From a virus, in the IMG/VR virus record IMGVR_UViG_3300037808_001962, positions 5,257 to 69,256 of that record: a stretch of DNA of 64,000 nt. One strand, written 5' to 3'. Positions within the stretch are counted from its first letter, which is position 1. The number at the start of each line of letters is the position of its first letter. Below, piece after piece: positions 1 to 9,246 of the stretch. Under the pieces are notes generated by a model. It was given only the letters and a program-made list of their open reading frames with translations. It searched no databases and was not told where the DNA came from. The position numbers were made by a program, and so were the translations under genes.

Positions 1-201
1 ACTTGGCGGAATTTTGAAGCCCAGTGCGGGCGAGGTACTAAGGCCCATTTTAGGACAGCTGCGGTTTTAGTGTCTCAAAGTTATATTTCTTATCTTAGTT
101 CTGGAAGCTCTAAAATTACTATATTAGAACCAACTCCTCAATTTGAATCAGCAAGATTTGGTAATTATGGTAAACATTGGGCTATGGGCTCATGGAAATG
201 A
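1..201 (+). CDS. Partial CDS (C-terminus), probable glycosyltransferase (GT32/OCH1-like end)
   Basis: Frame 1 is open from base 1 to TGA at 199-201 and ends YGKHWAMGSWK, like the HxxxGSW end of GT32 enzymes. Its stop overlaps the next ATG (ATGA at 198). Not in the ORF track. Confidence 0.5.
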   Translation, partial: TWRNFEAQCGRGTKAHFRTAAVLVSQSYISYLSSGSSKITILEPTPQFESARFGNYGKHWAMGSWK

Positions 202-914
202 TATCCATAATTACCCCCTCCCATGAGCATAATACTAAAGAAATGGAATGCTTACTAGCATCTAGTTATAAATTAAATATTAATCTAGAGATTATAGGTA
301 TTGGTAAAGAATGGAGGGGATTTTTTTCAAAGCTAGAATGGATAATAAGCTATTGTAATAGCATATCAGATGTAGAAAATAGGATTATTATAATGACTGA
401 TGCTTATGATGTCTTTTATTTACAAGAATCTTCTATCATTATAGATAAATTTAAGAGGATGGGTTATAGGATATTGTGGTCTTCAGAAAAACAATATGCA
501 CACCAATTAACTAGTGATTTTAGCTTTTACCATTTAAGGGATATATCAAATTATAGATATCTAAATACAGGGGGATTTATAGGATATGCTAAAGACCTAA
601 AAAAATTCTTTAATGGGGTTATGGAAATGATGAAAAACGAGGACTGGGATACTAGTCTAAAAGGAGTAGACCAAACGGCTATTTCTCACTATATAGCAGT
701 TGAAGGTTCTAACTATGAGCTTGGACTTGATTATAATTGTGAAATATTCTATACATCGTCCAAAGATCAAGATGATATAGATAATTATGTTGAGTTTCAT
801 AATAATAAGCTTTTTGTGAAAGAAACTGAATCTTACCCTTGTGTAGTCCATGTACCTTGGAAAGGTAGATATAGAAAGGTTTTAGAGTACTTATTTAAAA
901 AATGGAATATTTAA
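198..914 (+). CDS. PLOD/lysyl-hydroxylase-type glycosyltransferase domain protein
   Basis: Motifs GIGKEWRG, TDAYDV, SEK, YLNTGGFIG, DQ, LDYNCEIF match the GT domain of procollagen lysyl hydroxylases and viral homologs. Start moved to the ATG overlapping the upstream stop. Confidence 0.75.
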   Translation: MISIITPSHEHNTKEMECLLASSYKLNINLEIIGIGKEWRGFFSKLEWIISYCNSISDVENRIIIMTDAYDVFYLQESSIIIDKFKRMGYRILWSSEKQYAHQLTSDFSFYHLRDISNYRYLNTGGFIGYAKDLKKFFNGVMEMMKNEDWDTSLKGVDQTAISHYIAVEGSNYELGLDYNCEIFYTSSKDQDDIDNYVEFHNNKLFVKETESYPCVVHVPWKGRYRKVLEYLFKKWNI

Positions 915-1642
915 TTTCTATAACAACTATTCCCTCCAGGTTTGATAATAGCATCCATTTATGCATTGACAGTCTTTTAGCGCAAAGCTTTAAAATTTCA
1001 AGAGTTATTGTAAATATACCAAAAAAATATTCTTGTAGATTTGATGATGAAATACCCGAATCTAAGATAAATGATTTAAAGAATAAGTATGCAAATAAAA
1101 ACGTAGTAATAAATTTAATTGATATAGATTTTGGGCCAGGAACTAAGCTATTAGGTTTATTTAGTATGTGGGATTCTATTTATGAAGATTATATAATAGT
1201 AGCTGATGATGATCATATATATAAATCCGATATGGTGGAGGGTTTTAATAATGCGGTTGTAGAAAACGGAATACAGGCGGGAGGCTATTGTGTATCAAAA
1301 TTATATGATATTCAACCCCATGTTCAAGGCTCAGATGGGATTTTAATACGTACAGACTTATTAAATAATTTTATGTCTTATTATAATGCAATTAAGGATG
1401 AAGACCTTCTTCAATACGAGGATGATCATTATATATCTAACTATCTTAATTTAAAAGGGGTAGAAATTCATCATATAAGAAGAGAGGCGGGATTGATCTA
1501 TGAATCAGGGCCCCATGCCCATACTCCAGGCATTGCTCTCTGTACATTAAAGGGTAAGTTTAAGAGGTCTTTGATACGAAGAGAACAATATAATTTTTTT
1601 CAGCAGAATAAAGAAAGTCTAAAGGAGATAGTAAATTTATAA
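902..1642 (+). CDS. GT-A fold glycosyltransferase
   Basis: SITTIPSR, DFGPGTKL, VADDDHIY (DxD) and EDD motifs typical of viral GT2-like enzymes. Confidence 0.75.
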   Translation: MEYLISITTIPSRFDNSIHLCIDSLLAQSFKISRVIVNIPKKYSCRFDDEIPESKINDLKNKYANKNVVINLIDIDFGPGTKLLGLFSMWDSIYEDYIIVADDDHIYKSDMVEGFNNAVVENGIQAGGYCVSKLYDIQPHVQGSDGILIRTDLLNNFMSYYNAIKDEDLLQYEDDHYISNYLNLKGVEIHHIRREAGLIYESGPHAHTPGIALCTLKGKFKRSLIRREQYNFFQQNKESLKEIVNL

Positions 1643-2607
1643 TGAGGAGAGCATTGATTACAGGGGTAAATGGGATGGATGGAAGTTATTTAGCCGATTT
1701 TCTCCTTGAAAAAGGGTATAAGGTATATGGGATGGAGCGAAGAACTTCAACCCTTAATCGGGCTAACACCCTGCATTTAATAGATAAGATAACATTTCTA
1801 CGTGGGGATTTAACCGACCAGAATTCATTATTAAGATGTTTACAAGAAGCTAAGCCTGATGAGGTATACAATTTAGGTGCTATGTCATTTGTGGGAGAGA
1901 GCTGGAATACTCCCGAGCATACAGGAGACGTAAATGGTTTAGGGGTTTTAAGAGTATTAGAAGCAATACGGGAGTATGATAAGAGGATTAAATTTTATCA
2001 GGCCTCTACTTCTGAGATGTTTGGTAGAATGGAGGAAAACCCCGCTAATGAAGATACCTCCTTTTATCCCCGAAGCCCATACGGGGTTGCTAAATTATAT
2101 GGCCATTGGATTACAAAAAATTATAGAGAATCGTATGGTATGTTCGCCTGTAGTGGAATTCTTTTTAACCATGAATCAGAGAGAAGAGGGTATGAGTTTG
2201 TTACTCGGAAAATATCAAAGGGAGTAGCTAGGATAAAATTAGGCTTAAGTAATGAGATTATATTAGGTAATATAGATTCAAGAAGAGATTGGGGGTATGC
2301 TCCCGACTATGTTAAAGCTATGTGGCTAATGTTGCAAGCTGATATTCCTTGTGATTATGTAATTGCTACAGGAGAAGATCATTCTATAAGAGAGTTTTTA
2401 GATTTAGCGTTTAAGTATATTGGTATTAAAGATTGGTCAAGTTATATAAAACAAGATAAAAAATATATTAGACCAGCTGAGGTTGATACCTTAAGAGGTG
2501 ATTCAACTAGAGCCCGACTTAAATTAAATTGGGAGCCTTCAACGGATTTTGAGTCTTTAGTGACTAGGATGGTAAAATATGATTTAAAAATTTATGGAGG
2601 GAAATAA
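1642..2607 (+). CDS. gmd: GDP-mannose 4,6-dehydratase
   Basis: ALITGVNGMDGSYLA, QASTSEMFG, PRSPYGVAK (YxxxK), NHESERRG, FVTRKI, RDWGYA, RPAEVD. Confidence 0.96.
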   Translation: MRRALITGVNGMDGSYLADFLLEKGYKVYGMERRTSTLNRANTLHLIDKITFLRGDLTDQNSLLRCLQEAKPDEVYNLGAMSFVGESWNTPEHTGDVNGLGVLRVLEAIREYDKRIKFYQASTSEMFGRMEENPANEDTSFYPRSPYGVAKLYGHWITKNYRESYGMFACSGILFNHESERRGYEFVTRKISKGVARIKLGLSNEIILGNIDSRRDWGYAPDYVKAMWLMLQADIPCDYVIATGEDHSIREFLDLAFKYIGIKDWSSYIKQDKKYIRPAEVDTLRGDSTRARLKLNWEPSTDFESLVTRMVKYDLKIYGGK

Positions 2608-3343
2608 TAGGTTGGGAGTAACAGTATTACAAGTGGAAAATAGAATTAACATTAAGTATATGCGAATAATAGCTTCAATTAATCAAGTCCTCTGTCAAAA
2701 GCTGGGTTATAATTATAATTATTTATTTATGCAAGAAGCTATGATTAATAAATTTCATGGTCCTAATAAAAGCCGATATAGAGCGGCTCAATGCGCAAAA
2801 TTAGGAGTAATGAGTGAATTTTTAAATACTTCTACTTCTACTACCATGATTTTTTTAGATAGTGATGCTTGGATAGAAAATCCATCTTATCTATATCAAT
2901 TAGTAAATGAATTAAATAAGAATAAATCTAAACAAGGTTGTTTTTCTAGAGACCCATATAGATTATACTATACATATATAAATAGCGGATCTTTTATCCT
3001 TAAAATAAATGATTATACTAGAGATATGTATACATCAATTATTAATAATTTTTTTCATCGGGGTAAAAGTTTATTCCCCCTTACTCGTGATAGTTTTGAT
3101 CAGTATTATATATCAGAATCGGTTTATGAAAATAAAGAGGATTTTTTTATTCTTAAGCCTGATATTATAAATACTCCAAAGGGGAGAGTGTTAAGGCATG
3201 ATTGGCGAAAAGAGAAAGAATTGGTAGAGGCGGATATAGTCCGGCGCTATGAGCTTCTAATAGATCAATCTATAGATAAAGATAGTAAGTTTAATTTTTC
3301 TGGGTCTTTAGATTTACATGAGTATCCTAACCTGGAGCGGTAG
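2594..3343 (+). CDS. Glycosyltransferase (GT34/GMA12-MNN10-like)
   Basis: AK..., FLDSDAWI (DxD), INSGSFI, FDQ motifs; located in the glycan cluster. Confidence 0.65.
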   Translation: MEGNNRLGVTVLQVENRINIKYMRIIASINQVLCQKLGYNYNYLFMQEAMINKFHGPNKSRYRAAQCAKLGVMSEFLNTSTSTTMIFLDSDAWIENPSYLYQLVNELNKNKSKQGCFSRDPYRLYYTYINSGSFILKINDYTRDMYTSIINNFFHRGKSLFPLTRDSFDQYYISESVYENKEDFFILKPDIINTPKGRVLRHDWRKEKELVEADIVRRYELLIDQSIDKDSKFNFSGSLDLHEYPNLER

Positions 3344-3346
3344 AAG

Positions 3347-4372
3347 ATGATTAAAGTAAACCCCCGATTATATAACTGCTCTATAATAAGTGAAACATTA
3401 GATACTATTGATGGAATAGGGATTAACCACAACCATAATAGATTATTTTGGGAGTTGATTAATTCTAAGATATATCAAAAACATCTAGAACTTTTTATAC
3501 ATACTAATCCCCTATTTTTTAAAAATAAGTCTCAAAAAGAAATATGGCAGTGGGGGAAAGAGACTATTTATGGATTAGAGGAGACTATTACCAAGTTTCA
3601 TACTATTGAAAATTCTAATCACATTTCATGGGACTTATTAGAACCTATACTTGCTTTAGCTATTCCCCACTTTAACGCTGATTTAGGCGGTATACCTGAA
3701 ACTACCTATTCTGAATATTGTACTAATCTAGAGAATGGAAAAGGACTCCGTTTATTTAGATTTGGGATAAATAAACCCAATAACATTAGTTTTATTCCTA
3801 TGGTTGAAAATTTGCTTAATTATATTTCGGAGAATAAAGGCTATAAGACGGAGAAAGTAAAAGAGTTATATAAAGCTACTCAAACTTTTTTAAAAGGTTT
3901 ACCCACTATTTGGGGCTGTATTGAGGCAGGTTTAAATAAAGAGGCTTTATTAATTAGTGATTTTATATTAGGTCTAATAGATAAAGATCCCTCTATCTGT
4001 GATAGTGCTGCTAGAAGGAGGACTAGCTTATGTTTGGCTAAAGGATCTATCTATTTATCTATAGGGAATAAGTTGAAAGCTATAGAAGCTTTTGAAGTGA
4101 TTACAAGTCTTTTCTATAAAAAAGAGGGTGACTCCTCTATGGGTCAAAAATTATATTCTAGAGTGGCCCAGACTAGAGCAGTGGAGGCTTCTATTCAATT
4201 ATATAAGTTAGATCCCACTACTAAAAGGGCTAAAATCTGTACTGAATTATTTATTAGATCCTTATTACCTAATTTTATAAGCGGTCATGATAGTGATGCT
4301 TGGGAGGCAGTAAGAGAAAGAATAATTATTACTTATATGTTAGCTAAATACGTTTATGGATATAAAATATGA
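3347..4372 (+). CDS. Hypothetical protein, alpha-helical/TPR-like C-terminal part
   Basis: 341 aa ORF; LAKGSIYLSIGNKLKAIEAFE resembles a TPR repeat. Confidence 0.45.
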   Translation: MIKVNPRLYNCSIISETLDTIDGIGINHNHNRLFWELINSKIYQKHLELFIHTNPLFFKNKSQKEIWQWGKETIYGLEETITKFHTIENSNHISWDLLEPILALAIPHFNADLGGIPETTYSEYCTNLENGKGLRLFRFGINKPNNISFIPMVENLLNYISENKGYKTEKVKELYKATQTFLKGLPTIWGCIEAGLNKEALLISDFILGLIDKDPSICDSAARRRTSLCLAKGSIYLSIGNKLKAIEAFEVITSLFYKKEGDSSMGQKLYSRVAQTRAVEASIQLYKLDPTTKRAKICTELFIRSLLPNFISGHDSDAWEAVRERIIITYMLAKYVYGYKI

Positions 4373-4387
4373 AAAAAGGAAAATAAA

Positions 4388-4654
4388 GTGCAAATAAGAG
4401 AATACACCGAAGAACAGAAAAAAGCGATTAAAAAAAGGTTATGTGAAAAGATAGATAAATCTTTTGAGATTAATCAATATGGAAAAGGTACACCTTTTTG
4501 GATGAATCTATTTTTCCTATTGGATAGGTTTAATAGAGGTAATTATTACGGAACTATAGAGATAAAGGTATTAGGAACTTCTTGTAATGATGCTAAAGAG
4601 AAAGATAGGACGCATAAATTGATGGAAATTTACCCCGAACCGGGAGAACTCTGA
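4388..4654 (+). CDS. Hypothetical protein
   Basis: 88 aa ORF, GTG start with AAGGA upstream. Confidence 0.55.
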   Translation: MQIREYTEEQKKAIKKRLCEKIDKSFEINQYGKGTPFWMNLFFLLDRFNRGNYYGTIEIKVLGTSCNDAKEKDRTHKLMEIYPEPGEL

Positions 4655-4672
4655 TTTTTTTAGTATTAGTCC

Positions 4673-4742
4673 TTGCCTTACTAAGGCTACTTATGATAGA
4701 TTGTCCCCGTACGGAACGGTATAGGATTAATCCGTTCGCACG
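4673..4742 (+). promoter_or_regulatory. Putative head-operon promoter with palindromic operator and leader hairpin
   Basis: TTGCCT (4673) then extended -10 TGaTAGATT (4694-4702). The palindrome GCCTTA-c-TAAGGC (4675-4687) lies in the spacer. A GAACGG...CCGTTC hairpin follows downstream. Confidence 0.4.
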
Positions 4743-4754
4743 TAATTTTAAATT

Positions 4755-6029
4755 ATGGATAGGAAGAACAATATGGATAAATTAGATATTGGGGGAGCTA
4801 GTCCCGATACTTTACCTCTAGGGACTATCTTTAAGGATGGGGAAATCGATATTCATGAAACTTTGTCGGTTAAAGTTTATGAGGGAAAGGGCTCTAAGAA
4901 GAAGCAAATGGTTGTTAAACTTATTGAGTCTGGGCTATCAAAAAATAAATATTACTATTCCAAAGGGGTGGCTGAATCAGTTGCTGATTTAATTATTGAA
5001 CGGCCTCAAATGTATATGGATCATTCTATGGGATATTTTGGCGGTGGGGCTAGAAGCTTTAATGAATTAGTTGCAGTTGCTAAAGAAAGCTATAAAAAAG
5101 AAGGGGCGGCTTATGCTATTGTAGAAGTAGTTGATAATCCCGCTACTTCTTGGTTATATGAACTAGCTAAAAACCATGAGGGGCTTGTAGGAGCTTCAAT
5201 TGATGCTAGAGCTAAAGTAAGGGTGGCTAAAGCAGTAGATGGTATACTTTGGGGAGACCATGATTTTGACCCCGATGATGATCTTGAAAAAACAGGTCGT
5301 CAAAAATATGTAGTTGAGGAATTAGTTTTCCTTAACTCAGTAGATTTCGTCACTTATCCCTCTGCTGGAGGCAAGGTTGTCGAATTAATGGCTTCACAGA
5401 TTACTAGTGAAGCAACAGAGAAACTCTCTCAATTAATGGAAGGGTTTAAACACGACATGACTACTATCATCACAAAAGAAACGGAGGACTTATCAATGGA
5501 TAAATCCACAGTCAAACTGACTAAAGAAGCTTTTATGGTGGAATATCCAGATCTTTTTAATCAAATTAAGGAAGAAGCCGTTGAGACTGCAGAACAGAGT
5601 TCTGAAGTTGAAGCTAAGATTTCTGAATTAAATGATTCAAAGAAAGACCTGGAGAAGAAACTAGAAGAAGCGTCTACGGTTAACGATGAACTCCGGATTA
5701 AACTCGATGAATTCGAGCTTAAGGAGAAGGTCGAAGCCAAACAGAACATGGTCCAGAGCCTTGTGAAGGAACATGGCTTGGAACAAGATTATGTCTCAGA
5801 AGTTTTCATCGAGGATTTGATGAAATTAGAAGAGGCAGAGGATATTGTTTCTCGCATTAAAGATCGTAAGTCCCTAATAGAATCCACAGCTGGCGAAGTA
5901 ACCGGAAACGGCCAACGTCAGACTAAGGAAACTAAAGAAGGCGAAGAAAAAGAAGAAGATTCTAAATTAGAAATATCTGATGAAGATCTTATTAGTTCAA
6001 TTAAACAACGTAACGTTAAACGCAGATAA
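4755..6029 (+). CDS. Prohead protease fused to C-terminal scaffold
   Basis: MYMDH, VGASID and SVDFVTYPSAGG are HK97-type protease motifs; acidic coiled-coil C-terminal half; lies upstream of the capsid gene. Confidence 0.85.
   Translation: MDRKNNMDKLDIGGASPDTLPLGTIFKDGEIDIHETLSVKVYEGKGSKKKQMVVKLIESGLSKNKYYYSKGVAESVADLIIERPQMYMDHSMGYFGGGARSFNELVAVAKESYKKEGAAYAIVEVVDNPATSWLYELAKNHEGLVGASIDARAKVRVAKAVDGILWGDHDFDPDDDLEKTGRQKYVVEELVFLNSVDFVTYPSAGGKVVELMASQITSEATEKLSQLMEGFKHDMTTIITKETEDLSMDKSTVKLTKEAFMVEYPDLFNQIKEEAVETAEQSSEVEAKISELNDSKKDLEKKLEEASTVNDELRIKLDEFELKEKVEAKQNMVQSLVKEHGLEQDYVSEVFIEDLMKLEEAEDIVSRIKDRKSLIESTAGEVTGNGQRQTKETKEGEEKEEDSKLEISDEDLISSIKQRNVKRR
5496..6029 (+). CDS. Nested in-frame scaffolding protein (internal start)
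   Basis: GGAGG at 5483-5487, 8 nt before an in-frame ATG at 5496 (MDKSTVK...), exactly where the coiled-coil region begins. Confidence 0.6.
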   Translation: MDKSTVKLTKEAFMVEYPDLFNQIKEEAVETAEQSSEVEAKISELNDSKKDLEKKLEEASTVNDELRIKLDEFELKEKVEAKQNMVQSLVKEHGLEQDYVSEVFIEDLMKLEEAEDIVSRIKDRKSLIESTAGEVTGNGQRQTKETKEGEEKEEDSKLEISDEDLISSIKQRNVKRR

Positions 6030-6041
6030 GGAGATTAAAAG

Positions 6042-6473
6042 ATGGCTGATTTAAAAGCTAGTGCTATATTACAATATGGCGATGCAATCTATGGACGTCT
6101 TACACTTCCAAAGAAAACAGCGGCTGATGATTTACAAATCGGAGATTTCCTTGTTTGGACTACTTCGGGTGTAGAGAAAATGAGTGCTGCAACGGGTGAT
6201 GCTACTTTTGTTGGAATTTGTGGAATGCTTTCAGAAGATGCTGATGGACCCTCTAATATCTTGGTTTATACCCAAGCTATTATTGAAGTTCCAACAACTT
6301 CTGCAAACTTTACCCCAGGTGCTGGTTTAAAGTACAAAACCGATGGAACATTAGAAGCGGATGGTGCTGCTAATACTATCGCTAATTCGTTAGAATACAA
6401 AAGCTCCGCAACCTCATTGAAGGTATTGGTTGATGTGGTAAGCTTACAAAAACTATTTAGCGTTTCAGCTTAA
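6042..6473 (+). CDS. Head decoration/capsid cement protein
   Basis: 143 aa beta-rich protein between scaffold and capsid; IGDFLV...FVGI pattern; SD AAGGAG. Confidence 0.7.
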   Translation: MADLKASAILQYGDAIYGRLTLPKKTAADDLQIGDFLVWTTSGVEKMSAATGDATFVGICGMLSEDADGPSNILVYTQAIIEVPTTSANFTPGAGLKYKTDGTLEADGAANTIANSLEYKSSATSLKVLVDVVSLQKLFSVSA

Positions 6474-6488
6474 TAAAGGAGAATACTA

Positions 6489-7658
6489 ATGAATAAGAAT
6501 GGAGTAATTAGAAACCTGGTTGAATCTGAAGTCAAAAGGGCTGATGGTAATACATATACAGGTTACGCAAATGCCGGAGATAAAGTTGAACAACTTTTAG
6601 AGTCCGGTAAAGTTACTACTCGTGACTTCTCTTTTCGTCAGTTGTACGAAGAGTTAGTTGATGTTCCCTTGGGAGCTGATTCAGCACAAGTAGCAGAGGC
6701 ATTAAATTCCTCAAGTTTTCCTACAATAGCTTCTAAAGTTATTAATAAAGATATTATTGATGAATATGACCTTGCATTAGGGAACGTCGGGAATCTTGTA
6801 GATGAATCCCAGGCTACCCGTACAGATGAAGAGATAGTTGTTGGTTTTACAGCTGGCGATACTACACCTCTTATGAGACGCCAAGGTATGGCTTATGAAG
6901 AAACCTCAATGGGTGAGAAAAATTGGAAAGTCAAAATGGCTGATTTCGGTCGTATGATTTCCCTTACTCGTGAAGTTATCTTTGAAGACCGTACTGGGGA
7001 AGTTTTAAAAAGAGCCCGTGATATCGGTAGAGCTGGTGGACACCACAAACAAAAGATGATTATTGAAACAATTGAAGCTAGTGCTCGTACTGCTTTTGAA
7101 GAAAGCACCTTTGGTGGAGCTAACTACAAAGGAAGTGACATTACACTTTATGCAAATGATCATGCAAGTTTGGATGGTCAAACTAATGATAATCTAGTTG
7201 TAAGTAATGCACTTGCTGATTATACTGACTTGGATAACGTCTATTTAGCATTTGCTAATATGGTAGACGAAGCAGGAGATAAAATTAATGTTGTTCCTAA
7301 AACAATATTAATTCCTCAAGCCTTAATGGCAACTGCATCTAAGATCATGAATAGTCAGTTTTTACATGATGGTTCTGGTGGTTCTAACGTACCTAGCTAT
7401 AACCCTGTCCATGACATTGGTTCTGGCTCGGCAATGGATATTGTTAGTTCAGTATTTCTTTCAAGCGCTTCAACTTGGTTTATGGGAGACTTCAATAGCC
7501 AATTGATGGGTTTGAGCGTTTACGATCCGGCAACAGCTTCTCAAGGAGCTGATTCCGAACTGGCATTTACTAACCAGATTGTTGCACGATTCAGATGGTC
7601 TTATCATTATGGCTTAGGTCATACTGATTGGAGATATATTATTAAGTCAACTGCTTAA
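6489..7658 (+). CDS. Major capsid protein (HK97 fold)
   Basis: 389 aa; position; FGRMISLTREVIFED, PKTILIP, WFMG, GLGHTDWR resemble Mu gpT-like capsids; SD AAGGAG. Confidence 0.88.
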   Translation: MNKNGVIRNLVESEVKRADGNTYTGYANAGDKVEQLLESGKVTTRDFSFRQLYEELVDVPLGADSAQVAEALNSSSFPTIASKVINKDIIDEYDLALGNVGNLVDESQATRTDEEIVVGFTAGDTTPLMRRQGMAYEETSMGEKNWKVKMADFGRMISLTREVIFEDRTGEVLKRARDIGRAGGHHKQKMIIETIEASARTAFEESTFGGANYKGSDITLYANDHASLDGQTNDNLVVSNALADYTDLDNVYLAFANMVDEAGDKINVVPKTILIPQALMATASKIMNSQFLHDGSGGSNVPSYNPVHDIGSGSAMDIVSSVFLSSASTWFMGDFNSQLMGLSVYDPATASQGADSELAFTNQIVARFRWSYHYGLGHTDWRYIIKSTA

Positions 7659-7671
7659 TAATAAGTCACAT

Positions 7672-7709
7672 TAAATATATGGGAAGGTTTTATCCTTCCC
7701 ATATATTTA
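7672..7709 (+). terminator. Intrinsic terminator or mRNA-stabilising hairpin after the capsid gene
   Basis: Perfect 16-bp inverted repeat TAAATATATGGGAAGG-ttttat-CCTTCCCATATATTTA. Confidence 0.75.
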
Positions 7710-7732
7710 TTAACTAAAGGACAATATTTATA

Positions 7733-7987
7733 ATGGAAGATCTCAAAAAAAAGAAACTACCGGTTCCTGCTGGAGACCCCTTTGCTGGGGCTATAAAAAA
7801 AATAGGTGGTAAAGGTTCTTATAGTTTTACTACTACAGGTGGTAAAAGTAAAGGAGCGAGTAAAAGAGGGAGTATAGGGAAAGATTATAAAACCTATAGA
7901 TCTAAGAATCCCTCCTCTAGTAAAAGAGGTAGAGCAGCTGATTCAGCTAATAAAACAGCTTATAAAGGTAAAAAGAGAGGTGGATAA
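7733..7987 (+). CDS. Small K/R/G/S-rich basic protein 1
   Basis: 84 aa, SD AAGGA, strongly basic. Confidence 0.7.
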   Translation: MEDLKKKKLPVPAGDPFAGAIKKIGGKGSYSFTTTGGKSKGASKRGSIGKDYKTYRSKNPSSSKRGRAADSANKTAYKGKKRGG

Positions 7988-7989
7988 CA

Positions 7990-8103
7990 ATGGCACTTAA
8001 TGGAAAAACAAAAGCTCAAAGACGGATTAAGCCTGAAACAAAAAAAGAAGAGACTAAAAAATCAGGATCAACCCCAGTTAAGAAAGAAGCTAAAAAAGGT
8101 TAA
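7990..8103 (+). CDS. Small basic protein 2 (37 aa)
   Basis: MALNGKTKAQRRIKPETKKEETKKSGSTPVKKEAKKG; GAGGTGG upstream; below the ORF-track size limit. Confidence 0.6.
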   Translation: MALNGKTKAQRRIKPETKKEETKKSGSTPVKKEAKKG

Positions 8104-8111
8104 TTGACTTA

Positions 8112-8258
8112 ATGGCTAAAATTAAAGGGGCTATTGCAAAAGCTCGTAAAATGCATAAAAAAATTGATGGACGCTTTAAAAAAGGGATTAGAAAAAGCGG
8201 CTTAAAAATTAAATCCGGTCCTACTAAAGGTAGGCCTAGATCAAAGGGGAAAAAATAA
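8112..8258 (+). CDS. Small basic protein 3 (48 aa)
   Basis: MAKIKGAIAKARKMHKKIDGRFKKGIRKSGLKIKSGPTKGRPRSKGKK; its stop overlaps the next start (TAATG). Confidence 0.62.
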   Translation: MAKIKGAIAKARKMHKKIDGRFKKGIRKSGLKIKSGPTKGRPRSKGKK

Positions 8259-8428
8259 TGCTTAAAAAGAAAGAAAAGAAACCGGAAACAAAAAAACCTG
8301 GTAAAACAAGTAGTAGAGCATTTGGTAAATTTGCTACTAAAGCTAAAAGGTCTAGATCAAGGGGAAATAAAAAATCTGGAGCAACTAAAAGACAGAGAGG
8401 CTCTAGAGGACCTAGCGGGGGTAAATAG
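8258..8428 (+). CDS. Small basic protein 4 (56 aa)
   Basis: MLKKKEKKPETKKPGKTSSRAFGKFATKAKRSRSRGNKKSGATKRQRGSRGPSGGK; ends 5 nt before the next gene. Confidence 0.62.
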   Translation: MLKKKEKKPETKKPGKTSSRAFGKFATKAKRSRSRGNKKSGATKRQRGSRGPSGGK

Positions 8429-8433
8429 GTTAA

Positions 8434-9192
8434 ATGTCTGAAACTTTATCAACCTATTTAGATGTTATAGATTTAATCCCTCAGCTTTATGATGAGGAAG
8501 AGGAAAATTACCCTGTTGTATCTCCCCAAAAGATAAGGAATGTTATAGGTCGTAATGATTTTCAAATTAAGTCTCAATTAAAGAATTACTATGGGGCTGA
8601 TTTAACCTCGACTCCTCGGCTTACCCAGCCTACCCCCAAACGGGGTTATACAGCCCTTGGGCAATTACTATTAACTGATGGTACTAATGATGTTTCAGTT
8701 ACTAATAGTATTTCAGTAAAAACCCAGGTTTATAGAATCCTTTTTACAAGCCCTACTGTGTTCGAAGTAACCAGTGACCTAACGGGGGCTCAAGGAACCG
8801 GTAGTACTAGTCTTAGTTTTACTACTACCGATACTTTTTTAACTATCCCTAATGAATGTTGGTCTGGTTCTTTTGAGACCGAGGATAGCTGGTATATTGC
8901 AGTTTATAATTATGAGGGTATGTTATCTCATTTGAGTTCTTTGCTTGCTGCAGTTTATATACTTAATACAATTTATACTGAAGAGGTTCCCGATGCTTCG
9001 GCAACAGCTTCTAAATATGAACAGATTTACAACAAACTTATTCGAGCTTTACAGAAAGGCACTATCTTTCTTGAAAAAGATTTATCCTCACGTAATCTCG
9101 ACCCCATACAGATCGATTATGAAATCGATAACCATGGTAATGATGTTACTAATTATACCGATGATGAATGGAATCGTCGGAGTATAATTTAA
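8434..9192 (+). CDS. Probable head-tail adaptor/neck protein
   Basis: Position after capsid; N-terminal TY...DV...IKSQLKNYY and C-terminal LAAVYIL...YNKLIRALQKG resemble gp36/gp6-type adaptors, with a beta insertion. Confidence 0.6.
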   Translation: MSETLSTYLDVIDLIPQLYDEEEENYPVVSPQKIRNVIGRNDFQIKSQLKNYYGADLTSTPRLTQPTPKRGYTALGQLLLTDGTNDVSVTNSISVKTQVYRILFTSPTVFEVTSDLTGAQGTGSTSLSFTTTDTFLTIPNECWSGSFETEDSWYIAVYNYEGMLSHLSSLLAAVYILNTIYTEEVPDASATASKYEQIYNKLIRALQKGTIFLEKDLSSRNLDPIQIDYEIDNHGNDVTNYTDDEWNRRSII

Positions 9193-9246
9193 TAATCATT
9201 ATAGACCTGAACAGCGTTATTTAAAACGTTAACTTAGGAGGCTTGA

